From the NCBI RefSeq assembly GCF_035594765.1, contig NC_085841.1:261856525-261920524 (forward strand): 64,000 bases of DNA, written 5' to 3'. The position numbers and the translations under genes were made by a program. The stretch's first letter is position 1; each line of letters opens with the position of its first letter. The stretch comes from Anolis carolinensis (Eukaryota). Positions 37,414-49,065 of the stretch are shown here, piece after piece. Under the pieces are notes generated by a model, which was not told the origin of the DNA, searched no databases, and was given only the letters and a program-made list of their open reading frames with translations.

Positions 37414-38220
37414 CAGTGGTTTACAACCTTCCTAATGCTGCGACCCCTTAATACAGTCCTTCATGTTGTGGTGGCCCCCAACCATAAAATTATTTTCGTT
37501 GCTACTTCATAACTGTAATTTTTGCTACTGTTGTGAATCATGATGTAAATATCTGATATGCAGGATGTATTTTCATTCACTGGACTAAATTTGGCACAAA
37601 TACCCGATATGCCCAAATTTGAATACTGGTGGGGTTGGGTGGGATTGATTTTGTCATTTGGGAGTTGTAGTTGCTGGGATTTATAGTTAACCTACTATCA
37701 AAAAAGAGCATTCTGAACTCTACCAAAGATGGTATTGAACCAAACTTGGCACACAGAACTCCCATAACTAACAGAAAATGCTGGAAGGGTTTGGTGGGCA
37801 TTGATCTTGAGTTTGGGAGTTGTAGTTCACCTACATCCAGACAGCACTGTGGACTCAAACAATGATGGATCTGAACCAAACTTGGCATGAATACTCAACA
37901 TTGCCAAATGTGAACACTGGTGGAGTTTGGGGAAAATAGGCCTTGACATTTGGTAGTTGTAGTTGCTGGGATTTATAGTTCACTTACAATCAAAGAGCCC
38001 CTTGAACCCCGCCAATGATAGAATGATAGGCCAAACTTCCTACACAGAACCCCCATTACCAACAGAAAATACTGGAGGCGATTTGGGAGGAATTGACAGT
38101 GATTTAGGGAAGATGTAGTTCACCTACCTCTGGAGAGCACTGTGAATTAATATGTGTTTTCTAATGGTCTTTGGTGACCCCTCTGACACCCCCTCCCGAT
38201 CCCCAGGTTGAGAAATGCTG
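37414..38220 (+). mobile_element. SPIN (Space Invader)/URR1-like hAT non-autonomous element with internal tandem array
   Basis: The end cagtggtttacaaccttcctaatgctgcgacccc..aaccataaaattattttcgttgctacttcataactgtaatt matches my recollection of SPIN/URR1. The opposite TIR is caggttgagaaatgctg. Confidence 0.8.
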
Positions 38221-39132
38221 TTTGAACTCAACCATCTGTTTAATTTCCATCACATGGGCAGGTGTTGACTTTTCCCATTTCAAGGACACCAGCACACTTT
38301 TAAAAACAGGCATTTTTAAGGCAGCACTGCCTTCAAGACCCTTCCACTGAAACAGAAGCACCTTTCTTAAGGTGGCACTTTCCCTGGGGTCGTTTGCACT
38401 GAGATTTCCTCCCATCGTCCCTCCAGGAGTTCGATTCTTTGTATATTTTTTTAAAATCACCCCGAATTGTAGGAAGTGGTTTTAAATTAACCCTTTCTCC
38501 AAGGTTCTGCATTGGCAATCTGGGGGAAATGGGCCTTTTGGCTCCTCCCACACATAGTGTCATTGTTTTGTTTACAAGCAGGCAACAAAAGTGAGCAACA
38601 GGGATTAACATCATATGGGGAAATTGGCCATTTTGCCCATTTCTATGTGAGGAATTTAAAAATAAGTCGATTGCCAACCAGCTTAGGAATCTTTAGAAAT
38701 GGCAAAAATACCTCACGACCACAGTTGAAACTTGTGTCGCGTGAAGAGCACAGTAGGTTGCCATTTCTTAAATGTATAGAATGCTGATTGTATTGTGTGT
38801 GATGAAGTCCCCGGTCTTATCAGCAAAAGTAGAATATTCAGCTGGAAGGGAGACATTTCATCCAAAGATCAGGGTTGCAAGATGTGATTCATAGCACTGG
38901 GACCCTTAGTACAACAAACACTTTATGGCTAAGGCTATAGAAAAATTACTCAGAAGACAATGAGGACAAAAACATTTCTCTGTTCCATCAAGAGGGAGAT
39001 CAGAACAAAATCTGGAGTCTTGAATTACGATGCCATAATTTAGCCACTGTATTGCTGCCCAAGAAAAGAGATATACGTACTTGCTTGGAACTATTGACCT
39101 AAATTAGGAATGGGCAAAGAGCAACCTCTATA

Positions 39133-40047
39133 TCAGAACTTTCCAAACATTTCATGCTGGGGACACACTTTTAAATATGTATTTATTATTTATCACAGTA
39201 TTTATGCCCCGTGCTTCTCACGCCGAAGGGTACTCAGAGTAGCTTACAGAACACATATACGGCAAACATACAATGCCTAATTATACAATTAACAAGGACA
39301 GACAACACAAACAGAGGTAAAGGCAGTTTTCCCATCTTATTTCCGGCATCTTGGATGCTGTGCTTGACTCCGGCCACGCGGATGTGTGTGTGTGCTGTCG
39401 CTCCATCTTCCATGCTGAGGAGCTTTCCTCAGATCGATGTCCTTAAGGGCACCTTTATTACGTCCCTGCTAAAAGTGGTACCTTGCACTTCTGCTTTTGA
39501 CCTGCTAAGTGTGGCAGGTGAGCTGGGGCTAACAGCAGGTGCTCACTCCAACCCAGGCTCGGACCTTTCGATCGGAAGGATTTTTCTGCAGCACTGCGGT
39601 TTAGTCTGCTGTGCTAAGCCCGACTCCATCATTTCATAACACAGTAATTTAGTTTTACTAGAAAACTGGACATTAGATACAGCCACATACATAAATTGTA
39701 ATAATGAAATTAATGGAGACACAATATATTTCATGAAAACCTTCCATTTATATAGAAAACATATGATTTGATAAGATAATCCATTTATATATATTTGATA
39801 AGATAATCCATTTATATATATTTGAAAACATATGATTTGTAAGATAATAACATACATTTCCAAGATTTTCCAAGGGGACTATACAAGTGAACCACACTAA
39901 TCAGCATCTTTTCTGTGTAAAAATGCATGCACGTTGGTATTGCTTATTTCACATAGACTCAAAAGTTTCTTGTTACATTCATACAACACACCTACACTCT
40001 GCAACAAACACGTGAACATGTTGCGGCACATAGTTTGGAAAGCTCTG
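39133..40047. mobile_element. hAT MITE hosting a SINE
   Basis: TIRs cagaactttccaaac / gtttggaaagctctg. A related partial copy lies at ~26400-26690. Confidence 0.6.
39181..39627 (-). mobile_element. SINE with Sauria-like body and L2-type tail (Anolis SINE2-like)
   Basis: Shares gctggggctaacagc with Sauria SINEs but ends in an L2-type terminal stem-loop and A/T tail. Confidence 0.65.
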
Positions 40048-41973
40048 CACTGGATATTGTTGGACTGCAATTCCCAGCACTCCTTACATGGGCTATGCTG
40101 GCTAAGTTTGCTGGAACTTGCAGTCTAATGTCTGGAGGACCATAGGACTCCTACTTAGGTGTAAGTCCAAGATGAAGTGTTTAACAGAAAGCAAATGCTT
40201 ATGTAAATCCTATTGGTTGAATGGCTTTACTATAGTTAAGTTTGGGAATTAGATTTAAGCAATTACTAATTGGATGATAGGCCTTTGCTCCATTCCCTTC
40301 TAGATGAACTTAATCCCACCCCACATTGCCATTCTCTTTTTCTTTTGTATCTTGTCTTAGATTGTAAACCTGGAGGCAGGAAGATGTTTCGTTGTTTTAC
40401 TTGTAAAGTACCATGTGTGATGATGGCACTACATAAGTTATTATGATATTCATATTTTGGCTATTCTACCTACATATACTTCTATCTGACAAGGTTGTTT
40501 GAAGGTTTCATAAAAAGTTAGCCAACAGGCTCTACAGGTTTTATTGAACCAAGATTTTGAAGGAAAGGAACAGTAAATGTATTGGCTGCATGTTACAGAT
40601 TAGTGAGACAATTTGGATTATGTGTCTTCTATGATGGGAAGAGTTTACTAGATTTGTTGTAGTAGCTTTTCTCCAGATTTATTGTAATAAGGTTCCAAGT
40701 CTGGCCAAATTGCTGCCAGTGCAATTATTAGAAAATAATATTTCCTTTTGTTTTTTAAAAAGGAAATCAAAGCGGAAATCAAAAGCAATTTGTACTGGGA
40801 CAACCAAGCACCTGCCAGGGGGGGGGGGGGGGGGGGACTCAATTGATACGTCTCTCTCTTAACACATACTTCCAAGATTATTCATGAGAAAGCCTAGAAG
40901 TGGTCCAAATCTCACTGCAGTTCCCCATCTGATTTTAGCCAGAATTAATTAATTCCCCTGCCTCTCCCAGGTTTGCTATTTAGATATCGAGAAAGTGAAA
41001 TCCCATGACCAAATATGTACTTATACAGCAGGAAGGGAAATCAGAAATTCTTCTTCCTGTTCCTCTAAGAAATACTGTGCCGTTTCCTCAATCCCTTCTA
41101 CAGCTGTTCGCAAGTTGTTATGAATAAATAAAAAGGGGGAAAGAATCTCTTCTAATTCTCCCAGGAAAATGGGTAAGCATGCTCACTCACTCAACTATAC
41201 GCATGGAACAAAACTGCAACCGCTAAATCTCCTTCTCTTGGTGCCTCTATCACTAATGGCATTGCTCATGCACATGAAGAAATATCCACAGGCTGCACAC
41301 TCCCTTCATTTGCACCTGCCGTTTTTGCACTGGTGAACAAAGAACACAGTCATAAGTACAAGTGTCCATGAATACGAGAGAAAAAGAGGGAGAGAACTCC
41401 ACCACAGAAGCCAGGGGAAATTTGTTATCATACCAGACCAGACGCATTAGTAGCTTCTTAGCACTGGGTACAAAAATTACAAACTGCCTAAATCTATTGA
41501 TCAAGTTGAAAGCAATTCTACTTGGCTTTCAACATCCAGTTAAATGACGCTTTTCCAATAAATCACAAAACTGACCTATGGGAAGCGAAAAATATATTCA
41601 GTAAATCTCATTGATACATTTTCAGTTCCAGGTCAGATGAATTTGACCCTAAGCTCAGAATGGATTAATGGGACTTTTCAATCAGGTCTTCCTTTCCCTG
41701 TAGGTAACATTTGCGGTTTACTGAGAGATTAGTAGTACTGCTACTTATAACTTCAATGAACCATGGTGAAAGGACAGATATTTCAGAATTTTAAATTTTT
41801 CAAAAAGCTGTGACTGGTAGTAATCAGAATAGGCCATTTAGGAGCAGGGGCTGCTTCAAGAGTGTCCTGGTTTAGCATGGAAGGATGAACAAACCATTAC
41901 AACTATGTAAAATGTTTTAAATGTTATGTAAAAGACCTCCATGATCTCCTGCTCTAAGCTTTTGTATATTTAT

Positions 41974-42410
41974 GACCTCATCAGATGGCATGCACTGGTT
42001 TGCCTTCTCTTTTGCTGGTTCCCATTCTATAATACATAGTTACTTCTGCGTGGCTCCATGGTAAAAGGGAAGGAGAAGCGGCCGACACTTCCCCCATTGG
42101 ATGGGGTGACGGGTGAGTTGGGCGGTGCAGTGTGTGAGGCAATGGGTTCCTCATGCCCCCGACGGGCACTGCTGGATTTGCCATGACGTGTGGCGATTCC
42201 AGCGGCCCAGCTGATGAGATTGAAAGTCAATGTATAAATTCAGCCCTATTGCTGGGAAACTCTTATGCATCTCAAGAAAGAATTTAATATGTCGAAAAAG
42301 GAACTCTTTAGCTTCTGCCTCACATCATTTTGTCTCTTCTGAACACATGGAGAATTCAAAAAGGAAGGCAAACTGGCGCATGCCACTGAATTTACCCATC
42401 TGATGAGGCC
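41974..42410. mobile_element. Harbinger-like non-autonomous DNA element
   Basis: 15-bp TIR gacctcatcagatgg / ccatctgatgaggcc (14/15 match), CpG-richer interior. Confidence 0.55.
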
Positions 42411-42834
42411 GTAAGTATATTCTCCATTTGTTCAAAACAAATGCAGAATTCTGTGCCTACTGCAAACAAGAAAGTCTAGCTTCAAAAGTCCAAATAAATT
42501 ATTAAAAAAACAACTTGGGTTTTGAAACTTGCTCATTTCCCCATCAGCCATTTTCCCCAGATACAGACTTCAGGAAGCTGTGTGGAGCAGCTGCCATAGC
42601 TATGTAGTTCCTACCATGTTCAGATTAGCCTGGAGCAAAGGACAAAGACCCAGCTGGGGTCAATGGGTTCGCGCCAAACAGCATTGACTCCATAGGGTCT
42701 AAAATATTTCTCAATGGGAACTGAAAATCATTCCCTAAAGTATACTTAGCCGATAATAATAACCAGCCTGTTAAACTACACAAGTACCATGATAGATTTA
42801 CAAGAATATACAAGAGAACAGTTGCACTCCAAGT

Positions 42835-43052
42835 CAAAATACTCAAAAGGCAACAGATCTGGTTTGATCTTCAAAGGTAATCAGGGTCCACTTTGGTTAG
42901 TATTTGGATGGGAGACCACCAATGAATACCAGGTATTGTAGACACTATTTCAGAGGAAGGAACTGGCAAACCCACTTTCCCTTGCCTAAGAAAACCCTAT
43001 AAAATTCATTAGGTCATCATAAGTTGATAATTAACTTGAAGGTATACACAAC
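42835..43052 (+). mobile_element. 5S rRNA-derived SINE (SINE3-like) with RTE-type tail
   Basis: tggttagtatttggatgggagaccacc..aataccaggtattgtag closely follows vertebrate 5S rRNA. Confidence 0.75.
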
Positions 43053-43215
43053 ATAGTTGTTTTAATAATTCATCATAAAATAATAACCCCTACTATAGTA
43101 AAGGTAAATTGTAGTAATCAAGCAGTTATCTTAATATATTAATAGGGTTTATGATGCAGCATAATATATAACATTGTCTCCCAAGCTAGATGAGCCAACA
43201 TGTAAGAACTCTTTT

Positions 43216-43362
43216 TATACATACATACATACATACATACATACATACATACATACGTACGTACTTCTGGGTGTCCCCTGGGCAACGTCCTCGAAGACAG
43301 CCAATTATCTCACACCAAAAGTGACTTTCAGTTTCTCAAGTTGCTCCTGACATGAAAAAAAA
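43216..43362 (+). repeat. (TACA)n microsatellite followed by the 3' half of a Vingi-tail SINE
   Basis: Visible repeat, then ctgggcaacgtcc..tttctcaagttgctcctgacatgaaaa. Confidence 0.8.
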
Positions 43363-43786
43363 TATCCCATAGTATAGTCTCACATAGTTGTCGAAGCTAA
43401 ATGTAGACTGAAAAACATGGCAAAGCTGGTTGCATAGTTCTGTTACTACACAAATGTTCTATTACCAGGGGAAGCATGGCAATTTGTACTAGGGAGAAAT
43501 ACCTAACAGTCTTCCTGATTAGTGCAAAGAAATGTAATTTTTCATCTTGTAGCTCATGGGCTATGCTAGTTCCTATTGCCTCTGCATCCATTAATTCCAT
43601 TCTTTTGGGGATAGGGGCACTATTTGTAACTTTAGAGAACTTCCAAAGGGTTTAAAAGATTAGGTCATGATTTGTTGCGGTAGTCCAATGGTTTAAAGGG
43701 TTAATCTTTCTAATTTTTAAAAACTCCTCAAAATATAGTAGTATAGTGTAACTGTATCAATTGACTGATGTGCTGATGCACTATAG

Positions 43787-44157
43787 CATGGGTCCACAAA
43801 CTCAGGCCTGCAGGCCAAATGCAGCTCTCCGAGGTCATTGGCCTACCACTTGGCCTAAACTTCAGAGTTAAGGTTGCTCTAAATGACTTGAAGGCACACA
43901 ATAACAACAATCCTAATTAACTTGACTATCTCATCAGCCAAAAGCAGGCCCACATTTCCCATTGAAATACTGGCAAGTTTATGTTGGTTAAAATTGTTCT
44001 TCATTTTAAATATTGTATTGTTCTTTCATGTTTTTTGCACCACAAATAAGATATGTGCAGTGTGTATAGGAATATTCATTTTTTTCAAACAATAGTCCAC
44101 CCGTCTGCCTCCAACAGTCTGAAGATTATGAACCAGCCCAATGTTTGAGGACCCCTG
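43787..44157 (-). mobile_element. hAT MITE, OC1-like
   Basis: TIRs with perfect 8-bp TSD cactatag. Reverse homologue of 32589-32960. Confidence 0.85.
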
Positions 44158-45349
44158 CACTATAGCACTATGGCTTGTTAAAAAAAACTTAAAGGGTATA
44201 AAAAGAAGAAGAGAGGGCTAATCTATGTCTTCGAATTAAAAAGAAACCCTTATATGCAAAATGTTGCAGCTGATGTCAGGAATGGCCAGAAAATTGTATG
44301 TGACAGTAACAAAATTGGCTATTCAAAAGCAAACAAATCCAAAACAGAGCAACAAATACTACAGACTTCATCAACAAATACTGCAACCCACATCTGGAGG
44401 AGCCTTACAATAGGTATCACCCATTGGTATGTGATATGCTCACATCATGTGAAAGTGGCACTCAAAAGGTAGCTATAAAGAGAGCTGTTGTGGAATGATA
44501 TAGAGTTCAGATGGGAATCATGTTGTCTCCCAAATATTGTTGAACTAAAACTCCTAGCAGCTCTGACCAACATAGCTTATGGTGAGGAATACTGGGAGTT
44601 ACAGCAAAGCCGTATCATGATTTCCTCTCCTAATTAACAGGTGATCTTCTATATTAAAGTAAAACTTTCTACAGATTTTCAGAATAAGAATCGGTCCCCA
44701 TTATACATTAGCAATAAGACATGACCTTCTTAATAATGCAACTATAAATTTCTTTAGAGCCATGAGATCAAAAATGTATAAACTGTTTTTCCCCGCTGCT
44801 CATCTGCTCTACAAGATCTGACATTCTTTGCCTAGAAGGCACCTAAAAGAAGCATCAGTACTTTACCATGCAGTGGGGTTTTAAAGCTGAAATTCTAATC
44901 ACACTAATTTAAGCCTCACTGGTTTCATTAGGACTTAAACACAGCTTTCTTTAGGTTCTAGATGAGCAACCGTATCACACAATTACAACAAAAGCAAAAA
45001 AGGCTTAAACTGAATTGTTAGTGAGAACCCGAGTAAATTCATTTTGTGTGCCTGTGTATGTGTGTGTCCCATTAATTCCGTGGACCTGTTCTGGTTGCCC
45101 CTAGGAATTGGATTTAGTCCAAGGAAACTTGAATCACATTTTAGAAACTCACAATGTATTGTGGTGTACAATTTCATTGACTAGAATCTACTTGATTAAA
45201 GGCATTTAAGGAAGCAGACACTGGTCCATGAAAGTCTATGCCTTTCTAGGTTTTTTTTTATACTAGCAAGGGAGTCCAGCTAAAGACAGGGATGTGGCCT
45301 GCTTAGAATCAGAATATAGGGCTAAAAAAGTTGAAAGCTTCAAAACATA

Positions 45350-45546
45350 GGGTGCATCTACACTGTAGAATTAATGCAGTTTGACACCACTTTAACTGCC
45401 CTGTCTGAATGCGATAGAATACTGGGAGTTGTAGTTGCACAAGGTCTTTAACCTTTTCTGCCAAAGAATCTACAAATCCCATTATTCCATAGCATTGAGC
45501 ATGACAGTTAAAGTGGCAACTGCATTAATTCTATAGTAGATGCATG
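45350..45546. mobile_element. Harbinger-like MITE (tctacactgtagaattaatgcag family)
   Basis: Long imperfect TIRs. Related copies lie at ~47530-47735, ~60845-61038, ~11835-11925, ~19480-19640 and ~58770-58920. Confidence 0.7.
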
Positions 45547-46067
45547 CATATTGGAAGTGAGGTTTGAGGCCATTTTGTTCTCATCTCAAACCCATTATGT
45601 TTAAGATGGGAAAACACATTTCTAACAAATGATCCTGAGCCTTAAAAACAATTCTGTTTTAATTTAATCCATTAGATCTTGCTAAATATTTCATCTTGAA
45701 TTGTCTTCTGGGCTTCCTTGTTTTCTCTAGAAGGGGAATATCTATCCATTCAGTTTTTATAGAGAACTGCTGCATTTCAGTGTTTACTTTGTGCCTTCTT
45801 TCTTTTCTTTTAAGTCTGGTAAACAACGGTATTGCATTTTTAAAATGCATTTTCCACTGGAACTTGTCTAATCTGGACTAACAGGTATTCTCCTAACTAC
45901 GGCCTGAGTATCTATTATCCCAAATACCTATGACAAGAAGTATTTTGGATCTTTCTTGGAAAAGAAAGAAAGAAATACTTGCATTTATGTGTGTGTTTGT
46001 ATTGAGATGTCTTAGATATGAGATCCAAACCGAAACTCAAAATGCATTTCTGGTTCATATACACATA

Positions 46068-47392
46068 TGTGATCGAGGTGACCACCCTCCCCCCCCAGGA
46101 CTTTGTAAAAGATAGTTCAAAAATCAAGACTTTATGTTCTATATTCCATATATTTATAGTAGAAGGTGATTGAGACTTTTTACTGGAGTTTACTGTGACT
46201 CTGCACAAAAGGTGTTTGACCTTTTAGCCTGAGGCAAGAGATAACAACTTCATGAATTGTAAAGTCATGCTGCTAAAACTCCACTTTTATGAATTTCCAT
46301 GCTGGGTTCTCCAGATGTTATGAACTTCGTTCTTATCAAATATTTTTAATTGTTTATATCATTCATGATTCCCTTTATGCAATGTAACTCACTTTTATGG
46401 ATTCTCCCTTATTTCCATGAAATCTATCTGTCTGCCTATATGTATTTGTACTCTTTGGGATCCCCGGAAAATATGTATTTCTCCCAGCAGGGTTTATATT
46501 CCAACTTTATTTTATTTTTCATTTTATTTCATATAATTGCCAAGTCATGAAATCAAATAGGAAATATTTTGAACTCAACCTGAACCCCAGAACCCATCCC
46601 AGTTCCTATGACCCAGGCTTCCCTTCCCAAAAACAAAAGGATAATCTGCATGGACAATATAGGGCTTGAGTCGCCGAATTCGGAGTGTTGTCCTAAAGGT
46701 GATTCGCCCCAAGGCAAACATTGTCATATCTCATCCAAAGGAAAATCCAGGACACCTCAGGAAGGCGCCCTGCGGAGCCTGTAAATATGGCTCATCACCA
46801 CCCATCTTTACTTCCACCTCTGACACCCCAAGGCATATCTAAAATCTGTATATGTGACAGAAACCCGGACATCCTTGATTGCTGCCATTAATCCCTTTAG
46901 AAATCGGTCTAGCAGGAATTAATCCGATATTTCCTGCCCTGTCACTTCATTGTTTCAACAACTCCCGCCTTCTCATTCCTGATTGGCCCGAGTAGAGACA
47001 AAAAGCAGCTCCCTATTGGGCCAACAGAGCAAGGCGGGAAACGAAAGCCCGCCTCGTTCAACCTTCTAGCCTATCAACAATCAGGAGGGCGGGGGAGCGG
47101 GGCGGGAAATTCAAAGGGCTGTCAGACTGAAATTTTGTATAAATATGGCTTTATTTTGAATGTATGATATGCTAGTAGACTGAATGATCGCTACTAGAGT
47201 CCTCTTCAGCTGAATTGCTCAATAAAGACTCCTTGGCGGAATTTTCCTTCAACTTTGGCGGACCTTCTTCATTTCGGCTTCAGGTTGTATTGCAGCTCAT
47301 ATTTTCCTATTGGCTCCGCCAAGGTCCGTTCTCTCAGGACTGGATCGGGACTCTCCTTAAGGGCCCGATCCCCTAAAGCGCGGTCGACAACA
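46068..47392 (+). mobile_element. Solo LTR, 1325 bp (ERV- or Gypsy-like, 4-bp TSD)
   Basis: TG...CA with terminal inverted match tgtgatcga / tcgacaaca, TSD CATA, TATAAAT at 47138, AATAAA at 47221. Confidence 0.85.
46960..47145 (+). promoter_or_regulatory. LTR U3 promoter: two CCAAT boxes, E2F/GC boxes, CHR-like element, TATA
   Basis: ATTGG at 46982 and 47015, GGCGGGAAA at 47033 and 47101, TTCAAA at 47110, TATAAAT at 47138. Confidence 0.65.
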
Positions 47393-49065
47393 CATATACA
47401 CTTTATAAACATAGACTGAAGGCAATTTACATAATTTTACATAATATTTTAATAATTTTGTAGATGAAGCAAGGTTTGTACACATTGAACCATCAGAAAG
47501 CAAAGGAGCCATTATCTCACCTATGAGGAAGGTATCTACACTGTAGATTTAATGCAGTTTGTCATCAGTTTTATTGCCATGGCATCATGGGAAGTATAGT
47601 GTTACCAAGTTATTAGCCTTCTTTGTCCAAGAGTGCTTGTTCTTCATCAAACTACAAATCCCAGGATTTCATCATATTGAGCCATGACAGTTAAAGTGGT
47701 GTCAAACTAGAGTAATTCTATAGTGTATATGCACTGTGGACAATTTTGGATATCTGACTATTTCAAGTTTTGGAATTCCAAATAAGGGATGTTCAAGTTC
47801 TGTTTGTGCTCCACCTGCTTTCTTGTAAAGTGCTTCTGCTCCTGGCGACTGCATGTGATTCTCTTATTACTTCTGTTGATTTTAAAACATGAGTTGTCAA
47901 AACAGCCTAAATAACCTGAAGGCACCAGATCCCATCTGCTCTTGCATATCCTCCAACTGCCCCAGTTTTACAGGGACAGTCCTGGTTATCCCACTTTTCA
48001 GCTGCTTTGAAAGCATTACAGTTTCTCTCTCCTCCTCCCACTTTCCTTCTTTGATCTCAGCTTACTTCAATTGCTGCAAACTGAGTTCAATTCATTGGGG
48101 AGAGAATAAAGGGGTGGAATCTTGTCTTTCATTTTAGACTCAATAAGCAAAGTATTGCAGTCTGTCCTTACATATGTGCTATTCCTCTATCTGTTTTTTT
48201 TTTTTTTACCTCCCGTGTTTTAGTTTTCAACTGTGAAATATCGAGAAGTATGGTTTTGGAAGCTACACAGGGTTGGTCCTGCTTAATTGTTCATTTGCAG
48301 CAGTTTTTGAAATTGGTCTACAGCTAATCATTCTAAGACCATTCTGCAATTTCAATTTAGGTTTAAAAATCAATTAAACAAAGGCTAAGGTACTGTAGTA
48401 CCTGTTTTCTTATTTTTCAAGCTGATGTCATGCATTGCAATATTTCTCTGTTTATTTGCAGAGGAAGTAGAAACAGCAGTTCTTTGTCAGCTAAATGAGG
48501 AACCATCACCTGAAGACCACTACATGATTTTACAGACAAATAGTATATATTTCCCTTGGTTTAAACAATAGTGTGATGGATTTGGAGTACCATATTAATA
48601 TTATTTTTAGCCATTTAAATTTTATTTTATTAATTAAATTTAATTAAAAGGTTTAAAATTTACCCTATATCCAAAGATCTCAGCACAGATCAAATTCAAT
48701 GTTAACAGTTTCAAATAATTTACAACAGTGAAAATAATTAAAACAACATAGAAACATATTAAACAAAAGGAGCCGTTAAAATAAAACAGTTTAAAGTTAG
48801 TTAAAATAATTTGAGACCATTTGAAACCAAGAACATGGCAAATTTGGGTTAAATGATGTGGCCTCAAGAATTCTACCCCAAATCCATGATGCTTTCTGCC
48901 AAAATGGCTCTAGTGTTGGCATCAACTGGGCCCCTATTCCATAGTCAGGGTACCACAGAAGAGAAGGTCTTCCCTGTGCCCCCCAAAGTATATTATGCCC
49001 TCCATTAGACGTCAATCCTCAAGTATACATCAATAAACGCTTCTTCAAATACTGGGGTCCCATAC

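Larger units (their letters stand above)
45900..47800. mobile_element. Old Tigger-like MITE split by a solo LTR and a Harbinger-like MITE
   Basis: Decayed termini gagtatctattatcccaaat / ccaaataagggatgttca flank the insertions. Confidence 0.5.

Noticed and set aside
37580-38130. Repeat-spacer-like array (CRISPR-like)
   Set aside because: The units are degenerate along their whole length, lie inside a hAT element, and are in eukaryotic DNA with no cas genes.
42399-42420. CTGATGAGGCCGTAAG looks like the start of a classic hammerhead, or a splice donor
   Set aside because: There is no closing stem II or GAAA. CTGATGAGGCC is explained as the right TIR of the 41974-42410 element.
42860-42940. 5S rRNA gene or tRNA genes
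   Set aside because: The 5S-like and tRNA-like segments are diverged SINE heads fused to retroposon tails, not intact RNA genes.
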